Positions 1-11,042 of a DNA stretch of 64,000 nt are shown here, piece after piece (position 1 is the first letter of the stretch; the number at the start of each line of letters is the position of its first letter). The DNA is taken from the NCBI GenBank assembly GCA_026023565.1, contig JAPETS010000048.1, positions 1-64,000 on the forward strand, written 5' to 3'. The stretch comes from Cirrosporium novae-zelandiae. Its lineage: Eukaryota. Under the pieces are notes generated by a model. The model was not told where the DNA came from. It saw only the letters and a program-made list of their open reading frames with translations, and ran no database searches. Position numbers and translations under genes: made by a program.

Positions 1-123
1 TAACCCTAACCCTAACCCTAACCCTAACCCTAACCCTAACCCTAACCCTAACCCTAACCCTAACCCTAACCCTAACCCTAACCCTAACCCTAACCCTAAC
101 CCTAACCCTAACCCTAACCCTAA
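1..123. repeat. Telomeric repeat (TAACCC)n / (TTAGGG)n, chromosome end
   Basis: 20 perfect TAACCC units from base 1 plus a partial TAA, C-rich strand at the 5' end as expected for a left chromosome end. Confidence 0.99.
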
Positions 124-650
124 ATATATAAAATAAAATTGAAATATTTTTTAAATTTGTTTTTATACCTAAGATTGAAAAAAAAAATTTTATAAAAATT
201 ATAAAAAAATTATTAATTCCGTAATAAATAACGCGTTATTTATCGAAATTCGTAATTAATTGAATTAATTATTGATATTTTTTATAAATCTATAACGGAT
301 AAAACGTTATTTATCGAAATTCGTAATTGGTTAAATGGTTGTTTAGTATTTCCGATAATTTTAATACCGTATATATTTTTTGATTGTGCCACGGCTATTA
401 ATCCCCCAATATTCTAGATAGTACTATTCGAATCCTTTTATCGAGACGAATCTAACCGTGTTATTTATATTAAAAAATATTTATTTTTAAATTTTGATGT
501 TCTTGCGTCTTTTTCACGTTAAAGTCTAGCCCTCGACCTTTTTTCCCTATAGAAAAAAAATCGATATTCGTTTATATTTATTAAAGCGTACAATTATTTA
601 TATAAATAATTATATCCAGGACTAATACGTAAATAGATAAAAAACTAACT
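124..650. repeat. AT-rich telomere-associated sequence, probably a RIP-degraded repeat relic
   Basis: Very AT-rich and TpA-rich with no ORFs; contains a duplicated 24-mer CGTTATTTATCGAAATTCGTAATT at 234-257 and 305-328. Confidence 0.65.
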
Positions 651-847
651 CCGAGGTTCCGGTGTGTTGTCCCCAGTTCTCGCTTACCTAGAGCTTTCCG
701 AATAGAGGTTTGCCCTCATTCGGTGCCCTAGGCAGCCAAAAACTGGTAACTCTTTCACAGTAGTCTCGGCGAAAATATACAACTATTTGATACGCACCCT
801 ATTCTTCCCCGAAACATCTAGTGGAATTGATATTTCACAACAAGTTT

Positions 848-1941
848 CTATAATATTTTAATTTGTTTATTTTTTTTTTTAATATTTAGTTGACAATTCT
901 TTAATCGCTTTCGTTTCAAGTTTAAAGATCCTGAGTCTTTGATAGCATCGTAGAAAACGGCTGTCATAGCCCGTCCAATCCTGGACGGTTCATTAGTTGG
1001 CAACGTCCTTTTTTCAATATGCAGACTAGCATCGTAGAATTCATAAGGTTCGTCAAACTTCTGCAAATAAGCATATGGGATATCGGCTATGTATTGAACA
1101 AGCTTCGTCACTATTTGCTTCGACGCACGCCGGCCTTGCCTGGTTTTTAGGGCAGTAGTATTCGATTCGTGCTCGGGAACAAAAAGGCTGACCTGTTTGA
1201 CATAAGTTAGCTTAGGCTAGGAAGATCTATCGTTTAACGAACGTATCCACGTACTTTCACCGACTTTGATCCTTGCGGCCCATCTCTCCTTCTTGCCTGG
1301 CCCAGCGCGATTAAAATGGCGATGTATAAGGGGTCAATGACCAGTTCTTGCTTGCTTCGGATCGCCTTTGTAGCAAAAGACCATGATTTCTTGCCGGCAT
1401 TGTACTGTTCCCGTCGAGCGGTAGATGTCCACTTATGATCGACATAAGCCCAGATAGGGGTCATCCATTTCTCTTTATCTGAGGTTCGATGCCATGCAAC
1501 AAGGGGCAGAGGCAGTCGTGCGACAGAGTGGTGATTATATTCGAGAGCCAAGGTACTCTCAAACACGGCCTGTTGATGCAGTCGCATCGCGTTGGCAGTA
1601 CTTTTGACGAGTTGTCGCGTCTGCTGATCCTTTGATATCGCACGGGCATGTTCCAATTCCCATACCGCTCCTAGCAATTGTGTCCATTCTTCATCCTGGG
1701 ATACGACGTCATCCACTATGCATTCCTCGACATTGGTAGATGGAGCAAGATCGATATTGAGAGCCTTAAGATGATCGGCAGTCCATTCAAGCGGATGGAT
1801 ATACAAGCGAGTCCTACAGTTCTTGAGGAGGATGCCGCGGAGAGAACCAGGCGCTGGAGGTGGATGAGCACAGAACGGAATGATGCGATTATGATGATGA
1901 GTTGATCCTATTCTCGATGGCACAGGCGAGGCCGTGCTCAT
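848..1941 (-). CDS. Uncharacterised protein, 2 exons (1941-1255, 1192-848); possible inactive paralogue of the neighbouring nuclease-like gene
   Basis: First in-frame ATG at 1941; intron 1254-1193 (GTACGT...GCTAAC...CAG) joins ORF 1234-2004 in frame to ORF 848-1111; motifs LYIHPLEWTADHLKAL, DPLYIAILIALGQ, ADIPYAYLQKFDEP. Confidence 0.8.
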
Positions 1942-2448
1942 AGTAAACGTAGAAGTTGAAGATATGGGCGGAAAGCAGCATTGAAAGAGTGAGGTGAGTG
2001 ACAACGTTGATGTGGTGCTGTAGCGTCAATAAGTCAACAATGTTGCGCGCTGGTTGGTGTTCTCGTGTTTCTCCTCGGCACAACCCAACGGAGTAACAAG
2101 TCTCCGATGAATATATCGATAGGCCGAGGGTAGTAAACAACGTAATAAATAATACACGTACCGATACGCCTACCTCCTCAACCCCACTAATTAATTAACT
2201 ACCCCACTACTATCAACTGCCTGAAAAAACATCACAAAAATACCTCTCCCAATTTTTTGAAGAGCCACACTTCAACGTATCCCCGCAAGTCCGTCATAAC
2301 GGTCAAAATTGCGCTCTTTGGCCATTGTCAGCCCTCATGGGTAGTCGATCAATCAAACCAAAACTACTTGCCACGAGATCTACTATCTTTGTCGAGTTGC
2401 TCTATAACATCGTGCTCTTTTGATTTTCCATCTCCCTTTTTTGACCCC

Positions 2449-3675
2449 ATGGCACAAAAGTGGCCTTCCACTGAACGCGAATTCCTTCGTAGGTTTGCTA
2501 GCCATGAGACGGAGAACATTCATAATTTACCCCCCGAGCTGAAGTCTGCAAGTGGAAGTTCCTGGTCTGCCAAACATCTCCAAGCATGTCGTGTTCTTGT
2601 GCAAGATCATGGCGCTTGTCCTCCGATCCTCAATAAATTCATGGCCACGGCCAGAGAGCAAGTCGCCGCAGACCCATCTCTGCTTACATCTCTCGCAGCA
2701 TTCTCCCGAGATGAACTCCGACGGTTATCTCATCGCGAACTACGTAGGCCAAACACGTTTCCACATTTTGGATCATTCTTTGTTTCTCTTGCCGATGTTG
2801 CTCGTGTACCAAGCCCGGTTCCCCCTTCTCATCGGCGCCTCCGAGATAACCCTAAGCCCCTGGTGCGTCCTAACTTTGTATCTGGTGAAGGTTTCTCTTC
2901 CTCCCCAACTGTTAGCTCATCTCCTTTGACTGCTGTCTCCTCTGCATACTCGCCACGCCATCATGACGAGCAACCGGATTTCGAGGATCAGACTGAGCGC
3001 AAGAAGCATGAAGTTGTTTCCGCAAATATGGCTGCACAGTTCATCTCCATAGTTCTTGATATTTTCTCGAGTCAGCCAACGGATAGGATTACGAACGAAT
3101 TTTCTAATGCTCCAACCACGTTTCACTTGTACTCTCCTCAGCTCAGCTGCACCTGTCAAGATGATGGCTCTATTTGGCGCAGAGAGTATAATCCTATCAC
3201 CAGAACCTGGATAAATTCTCAAAGTAAACTTCTTTGCAGCCTCGAAGCCAAGTCGTCTTATTTTCAAGCTGATAGCTCGGGAATAGGCGCAACCTCCGAC
3301 CGAGCTGTCGCTCAGCAACTTTGCGAACTACTTGGGTCTGTGTTGTCAGAGGTTATAGATGGAGACTATGGAGCACTCGAAGATGAAGAGCGTTGGTCAG
3401 ATCTCAATATTCTTATATGTATCTTTATTAAAGTTATATGGGTATAGTAACTAACTTGCCTCAGCCGTTTTTTAATTTCAGTACACCAATCAGATATGGT
3501 AATTGTACATTGCGACTTTTCTGAGGAGTATCTTAGTTATATATACTCAGAGCAACCACCAGCCCACCTACCTTATCTCACGCTCCACCGATCACGCAAA
3601 TATGATCTCTGCGATCCAACTGAAAGACGAAAAGCTGCTGAGATTATTATCGCTTTAATTGAATACTTCAACTAA
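2449..3675 (+). CDS. Uncharacterised protein with a putative PD-(D/E)xK restriction-endonuclease-like domain, 2 exons (2449-3395, 3465-3675)
   Basis: ATG 2449; intron 3396-3464 (GTCAGA...CTAAC...CAG) restores the frame to ...RFLISVHQ...IIALIEYFN*; motif QDDG-x~24-LEAK-x~19-AQQLCE. Confidence 0.8.
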
Positions 3676-4095
3676 CCGACTTCCAGGATCATTTGAAAGC
3701 TATTATTAAAGTGGCCATGGGTATCATGTTTTTATTAATGTTTCTTTTAATCCTTCCAGGTAGAGTTGCTTTTACTTATCCTTAATTTGGTTCTTTTGTT
3801 TGTTTGTTTTTACAGCTAGCCTCGAGAGTAGCCCGTAAAATCATACCTCGAATTTCCGTTCCGTGAAGTCTTTGCAAATTTAGACCAAGGGTTTGGAAAC
3901 AAGTGCTTTAGCGTGCTTCTTGGGCAAAATAATGGGTCGACTGTGGGGACGAGACCTAGGCTACGGGTAGTGTGGTAAGGATCACAGTATAAGTGGTTAA
4001 CAAATCAAGTAGAACAGTACTGTATTCGCATGCGAGACGCAAATAACAATGATAGTATGATGGAGTAAATGGGCATGCCCACTTACCTCCGTATG

Positions 4096-4347
4096 GACCC
4101 CCCCCCTAATAAAAGCAATTTGGTTTAGTTTCTTTTTCGGAAGGTTATAAGGGTCAGCAAGAGTCTAAAAATTGAAGAGATATCGGATTATTAATCGAGT
4201 TATCTAATTATAGAGTTACCTATCCACCCGTCTATAAATCAACCCTAAATAACCCTAAATATTTAATCAACTATATATTCAATTAGGGGATTTTTTATTC
4301 AATCAATCAATCAATTATTTATATTTTTATTTTATAAATTGGGGGTC
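4096..4347. mobile_element. Possible degenerate MITE-like or RIP-mutated relic
   Basis: About 250 bp of AT-rich sequence bounded by imperfect inverted ends GACCCCC...TAATAAAA and TTTTATAAATTGGGGGTC. Confidence 0.25.
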
Positions 4348-4799
4348 TACTGTTTACGACTACACCCCCGTCCATTTGTAATTATCGACACAGTACTCGC
4401 ATCAGTACACGATTATTATGGCCATAAATATTACTTTAGGGTTTGGTTTGTTTGCTGTTCCTATGACTTGAAAATACGTACAGTCCATGAGCATACAGAT
4501 ACACTCCACCACAATATCTTAAACGTCCTCTAAAGAGGTACTCTTTTAACGCGAGCTTATAGGAACTTCAATAATCTTTGATCAGGGCTATTCCCATATA
4601 AAAAGCTAAGAAATCCAAGCAATTTAATGACAGATGGACAACTAACAATAGAGGTTGGGTCTTTCGGTTACCCAACAAAGCAACCTATAAATTCATATCG
4701 CCGAGGCACTCCACATGCATCATTTTCTTTGGTGATTTATATCTTGCACTTCTAGACAACCCGAACTTAAGGTTTATGATGATTTTTGGCCGTTTACCG

Positions 4800-7700
4800 C
4801 TAATCCTCATACCATGCCTTAACTTCTGCCTTTGAAATCCAACACTCCCAGCCCTGGGCGTTAGTTCTAGGAATTACGCATACCTTATCTCCAGGTCTTA
4901 GCGAGGCCATAAAAGATTGGGCCTCGCGCGGCCCTAGAAAACGGGACCATCCAGTCGTAGACGGCGTGTTGGGCTGGCATCTATAGGACGCTGTCAGCCT
5001 ATGCTCATGAGATGATACAAGAAATCAAAGTCTTTTATCGTGTGGGAGACAATTGACAATCTGCTGGGTCGTGATGAAACGATTTAGCCGTACCCTTTCT
5101 CAACATCCCATATAACATGATACGTAGTCCAGTTTCCAACATTGAGTTTGTTGCGTGTTACTTCAACCCGTGTGGTGATTTTGCCATCTTTGAATTAGAG
5201 TCAGTATGTATCTTGTGAAATAGGTTAACAGCGAACCTCGCTTGAGGCCGATATCAAACCACGTATCGGAGCCGTGATATGTCCCCTGGTCGTATGGATG
5301 ATCATTGGCCCACATGGACCAGTCTTGGTCTTTTCCTGAGATAGAGATATGAATTTTAGAAAGTGGTACTATCAGAGCCACAGTCAGTTGTGTTCAAGCA
5401 AGGAGAATGAGGCGTTATGGCAGAAAAGAACACCTGCCGAGACCAGAAAGTAATCAATCTCTTACTCTTCGCATCATTCGGAATTGCGTTCGACTCGAGA
5501 TATACGCCTTCATCACGGCCTAAAAAGCCCTCAGTGGCGCGCAACCGTCTCTCTGTTTTTTTATCGCCAACCACGACAGCAATGCCGCTCTTGACCGCAT
5601 ACAGACATTCAACCTCGTGCACTGGGCGGTTTAATGCTGGCATCAAGCCTTTCTCTTGCCAGAGCTTCCGAACGGGGTTCCGAGCGGATGCGATATTTAA
5701 CACGTTCTGGATATCCTGGGTTGGTAGCAGCAATGCCGGACTGCGAGTCCATATGGCCCCAGTGATATCCGTGTTGCACAACTTGACGCACCACTGAAGA
5801 GTCGTGCTCCCCACCTCCCCAGGCGAGCTAATGTCGGCACCTTGATCTATCAAGTACTTGACAACCTGGCTATGTCCTAGTGCCACAGCCTCTATGAGAA
5901 GGGTCTGTCCCTGTGGACCTCGTGATTCTAAGTCACTTGTGCCGTATCTCTCGATCACTGCTTTGATAATGGCGCGGTGCCCAGATAAGACGGCTTGTCG
6001 AAGTAACGTGGTAGACTTATCTGCAACTAGAGCCTTCGGGTCTGGGAAGTATCGAAGTAGGCGAGAGAATGTTCTGGCGTAGTTATGCCGTTGCAACACG
6101 CATCGTAGCTTCTGAGCATCATTAATTGGGATTTCCTTACCCATCACGGGGATGAGCAACTCGATGCACTGGAGTTTACGAAGAGAAATATTCTTCGCAG
6201 CCGTCATGATGGCAGTGCAGCCTTCGTCGTCCGTAGTGAAGATTAGTTCCCTACGTCTACTCAGATATCGAAGGATAGCCGCAACATGATGCGGACGGCC
6301 GGCCCCACTGGCACTATGGAGAACAGTACGACCTTTGTTGTCCTTAATGGAGAGGTCTGATCTGGGAAGGAGAAGCTCCAAGCATTCCGTTCTTTCGATA
6401 TTCATGTGGCCCTCATGGTGAGCAGCAGCATGAGCGGCTGTACTCCCGTCCTTCTGACGCGCTCTAGGATTTGCTCCCGCATCGAGAAGATACTTTATAG
6501 AATTGGAGGCGTTCTTCCATGATGCCCATGCGGCCCTGGTCAGAGGTGTGTCTCTCATTTTGGTGGACGGCAGCTCCAGCAGCTGCTCGCCACCAGGAAA
6601 GTGAAGCAAAGCGTCAATAATGTCTGCGTTGTCACTTTCTGCCGCTCGATGAAGAACACTGTGACCCAGAGGTCCTCCCCGAGTAAGAATCAGGTCTGAA
6701 CGATTGCTCATCGTCTCCATGACTTTGAGCAACCTGCAGACAATTTCGATATTGCCTGCGTTATGGATGTGACCGCAAGCGTTTGCGAGGGGCAGCAGAC
6801 CTCGGGCGTCTTTCTGCACAACCATCCTTTCTGAGACTTCTTCCGAGGCAACTTCCAATAAGGTATCGACAACTTCGACATGGCCGAGCATTACAGCCGA
6901 TTGAAGTGCAGTGACTCCCTCAGGCCCATTCTTACGGGTCGGATCAGCGCCGCGTTTCATCAAAATACGAACTATTTCATGGTTTCCAAGGATAGAAGCA
7001 AGGTACAGAGCTGAGTAACCGTCACGACTATCTGAGGTAGATATAAAGCCTTCAGGATTCTCTCCGGAGCTGAGCCACTTCTTTGCCGTTTGCGGGAGGT
7101 TGAAAAAGGCCAGAATGTGTATGACGGAGATTGGCGGCTTCTTCGTTCGAAGCGTATTCCACATTTCGTCCTGCCAAACTCCTAATTCTCTCAGCTTGGG
7201 TTGTATGGCAACCGTTACGGTATCGAGAAATCTATCTTCTCCGAGCAGGTCCATGATGTCCAGATTTGGAAAAGGGCTGGTTGGGAGTAATTCGTGTGCC
7301 TTGGCCATGTGCCATCCCCAATTTTTAGCCGCATAGCCGAGTAATGGGGACTCCTCCACTGCGTTCTCCCATTCCTCTCGATTCCGTGAATCTTTCCGGG
7401 ACATTGAAAGACATCCCAGACAGGTCCTGGCTATGATAGAGTGGGCATCTTCGAAGTATATTGCTCCTTTTTCAGCCTCAACACAGAAATCTTTGATAGC
7501 TTTGTGTATAGATACCGTATCTGAGTCCCGTTCAATAGATAGAAAGTAGCAGGTCGCCTCTGCCAGCTTTTGCTCGTCAAAGTCCCTGGCCGCTTTTGAC
7601 TTATCGCCGTAGAATTTGAATGCGAGTGCATGCTGAAGTTCTAGGAATTTGATAGATGACCCCCGAGCGTATACAGCCCATAGAATGGCCTGTTTTCCAA

Positions 7701-9471
7701 CTTGTGCCTTGTATTTCTCAGGTTGTAGCTCAACCCGGTCAATGGCCTGCTTGACCAGTTCATCTACTGTGCCAGACAGGTTTTCCAAAGCTTGATCCAA
7801 CGATTCTGGGGTTTGCTCTCCTTTCAGCTGCTTGATTTGCAATTCAGCACACAGAAAGTTCCCACTAGCAAGCCTAACTATCTTATCGGTAATCTTTTTT
7901 CGGTTGTTCTCGGTCATGATTCTTTCCGGCAGTGCGGATGGTCCAATATATTCGTTCGAATCGTCCCCATCGGCGATATTTTTGAGCTTCCTATTCACGA
8001 AGGTCCGTATTGTTGACTCGTTGTTGTTAGCGTTCAGTATGTACGCGAGTCTTCGCTTGGCATGGGCTCTCATGCCTTCTCGAGAAGTGACTAAGAACTT
8101 TAGGGTCGGGGAACGCAGAGTGATTAACTTCTGGACGAGGTCCCCGAAGTTTGAGGTTGGCAATTCATCGAGCGCATCGATAACGAGATAGACTTGGTCA
8201 AAACTTCGGGAGACTTTGTCCAGAACCGAGTGAACAGCTTTCATTTCACGATGAACCCCCTGGTAGCTAACAAGATCATGAATAGACTGTACCTGATCGT
8301 AAGCACGACGTGGAGCAGCTTCCCATAGCTGAGTCATGAGCTGGTGTAGAAGTGCTCGGAATATGTGATCCGTTATCTGGGGTTCCCTAGCAGCGAAACT
8401 ACAGTAATAGATGGCTGTGGCTATGATCGGTGTAGCTCTAGAAGCTGGCGGAGCGCTCCTCTCTTTGGTCAAGTCTTGAGACTCGTCTGAGGTCACCTCA
8501 TCGTTGGATAGAGGCCTATCAAATAGGTCCAAATCCTGAAGCCGTCGTGCTAAATAGGTGGCGATGTATGTTTTCCCGGTACCGGCATCGCCGAGTACCC
8601 AAAGCCAATCGTTGGGTGTATTCCGGGTACTCTCAACCCACTCTCTAAATGCACTCTCGTTTAGTACCCAGCTAGGTAGACTCTGCTGTGCATGTTCGAG
8701 GATGCTCATTGGGGACTTTTCAAGGTCCGTCGGAAGCAGGTTAATAGTATCCAAGAAGCGAGACACATCCATGCTATTTTGGACTTTTCGAAGGGTATCT
8801 TGCACATGCTTTTGAGCCAGTTTAGTCTCGTGGGAATCTGTAGCAACAAGGATTTGCAACATACTGCGTCATCAGTCAGCGGCATATCTGAGACCTCCCT
8901 CCAGAACACTCACTTCTGGATTATCTTATCTTGTTCTTCGATCTCGTCGATTCGGCCCCGCACCCATGACTCATTAATAACCCACTTCACACCCTTCCAG
9001 CGTCGAATAATTGTGTTACGAACACCGCGCGCCTCTGTGTCAGCTTGGAGGTCATCCTTCAAATAATCCAGTACACGTTTATACATAGAGCAAGCACCTT
9101 CGATTGCCGAATCGATGTTCACGTTCAGCCATTCCTGCTCGTCTGCTTTGGACGGCAACTTATATAGTTGGCGCGCTTCTTCTAAGACTCCCTTTGAGGT
9201 TTCCAATCTATTTATCTTTATTCCTCAAAGTTAATTGTGAGTTCCAAAAGAGTGAGACTGGTTGCAGTCAATGGCTATGCAGCAAGTGAACGTGTTTGGT
9301 ACTCGTCCTATTGCAGTCCATTTGTCCACTTTCCAGCTGTAGGGAATGTATGGTCACGACAGCACATACCAATTTTCGCACTTCTTCATCAGCCTTCGCG
9401 GCTTTTTCTGCTTTCTCAAGTGCCCATTTAGCAGCTTCGATGGCTGTGATCGTGGTGCTAAAGATATCCAT
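4800..9471 (-). CDS. Fungal NLR-like protein: helical N-terminal domain, NACHT, ankyrin repeats and an extra C-terminal domain; multi-exon
   Basis: Walker A GDAGTGKT, Walker B YLVIDALDE, FLVTSRE, ASGNFLCAEL; many ankyrin repeats (GYSALYLAS, GVTALQSAV, GRTVLHSAS, GQTLLIEAV); 5' exons MDIFSTTITAIE... and ...IRRWKGVKWV; 3' exons ...SGKDQDWS...GTYHGSDTWFDI... and ...LRPGDKVCVIPRTNAQGWECWISKAEVKAWYED* (stop at 4800); some small exon borders unresolved. Confidence 0.9.
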
Positions 9472-10189
9472 GGCACTGCGTGCGGGTAACACATCACTGG
9501 AACGTTTCTTAGTAGTAACTGGTAGCGTCGTTCAGATGACAAAACTTTCATGATTGACATCACGTACATCCAACATCTTTTATAACAACAAGGTTATAGT
9601 TCCACAAACTACGTCACTTCGAGTTGCTAGCAAGTCATATCACAGGATAAATGAGGGGCATCTTTGTCCCTCGATACTCGAATCGACACCCGAAAAACGA
9701 AACAATCAGCTGTAAATTGTTTTCCTTATGCTTCCTGCACGCTACCCGAGTCCTCTTAACCCTCCTTGCCCTTCCCCCTTAGGCCCATTTATGTGTGACA
9801 ATAAGAGTACCTTTCCCTCTTAAAGCAAACAAAAAAAACATGCCGTTTTTAATTTAAGCTTAGCTATTCAAGTACCCCGCATGTCAATGAATTTTGTTGC
9901 AGGCCAACCTGACCTAGGCGGGTAAAATATAATATGGAGTTCGGAGGGAGTAACGAACGATCAAGTACCGATGTTTTTCAGCTAACTCCATTGGCTTGGT
10001 CTCAGTTGCGGCAAGATTAAGTACCGATACGTCGAGGATATGGTTCCCTATGGTTTACGCAATGCCCTTCAAAATTATTATGGTCGATGCATCAATTCGT
10101 TCTTGTCGTCACCTATCATTTCAGCTTGCTGCGGTGTATAGTACTAAGCTAATCCACGTGAAATGGGTATCAAAATTGAATGCAAGCTA

Positions 10190-10920
10190 TATAAAAGAGA
10201 TATTTAATAATGTTATCTAGGTTTTCATTATTAAACTGAAGAGACTAAAAATAACGGCAAGGCCGCGACATCATGAGCCAAGCACTAGAAGAGGCTGGTC
10301 GGGTCTATGGACTACCCTAGCTCTTGGCCGCTTCCCCACCAAAAATGAAGCTTTTGAAATATTAATAATAAATCCAGTTTTAGGTAATTTTAATTAATTA
10401 TTTTTTATATTGTAAAAGAGTTGGCGTTTTTCGCTGTCTGAGGCATCAGCCCTACGGTCTAGGGGTTTATTTTCTAGTGTCAAAGCTTTGATTTCTAATG
10501 GCTAAGGCTTCAGGCTCAGCCTATCCTTTTCAGGCTAGCCTGACCCTTACAGCCTTATATATAGATTTCCTAGGTTTCTAGAATAACTGTAGAACAACTA
10601 CAGAATAAAGCACCGAAAAGTTCACCTAGATTAATCCGCAGACAATATAAACACTTCGTCCAATTCAATAATTTCTAGTTCCCCTGCCTAAGGCTCTTCA
10701 GCCCTAGTTTCTATTCCCAACTGCCTATATAAACGCCCAACCTTGAAATTCTTTCAATTAATCTATATTCTCGTTTTCGTGTCACCCTCGCTAGGACCTA
10801 AAACACAATCACTGCCTTTTAATTTTAAGCCTTTTTCTGGTTTTGTTCTTAGTTATGCTTGTGGTTGCTTTGCCCTCAGCTTTTTATCTTAATAAATAAA
10901 ATATAATACAAGGCAAAATG
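10190..10920. other. AT-rich, TpA-rich non-coding stretch, possible RIP-decayed repeat
   Basis: Many TAG/CTA/TAA triplets, no credible ORF, short degenerate AGGCT/AGCC repeats near 10500-10550. Confidence 0.3.
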
Positions 10921-11042
10921 CTTCAGAACTTATATTTATTGAGAACTCATATAGTTAAAGAGCTCGCTGTAGTTATCTCTTGTAAAGCTCGCACCTTTCT
11001 TATAAATTCAAATATACATCCTTGTTTGTATACAGAGCCAAC

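Noticed and set aside
1..123. Regular short repeats as a CRISPR-like array
   Set aside because: No spacers; this is the canonical TTAGGG telomere of a eukaryote
2257..2448. N-terminal 64 codons of the 396-aa ORF
   Set aside because: Begins at TTG; the first ATG is at 2449, so this is likely 5' UTR
660..3960. Possible terminal inverted repeat GTCCCCA (about 669) and TGGGGAC (about 3944)
   Set aside because: Only about 7 bp match and does not extend; compatible with chance
9200..9700. Amyloid signalling motif at the NLR N-terminus or in an adjacent gene
   Set aside because: No N/Q/G-rich HET-s-like, sigma or PP motif visible
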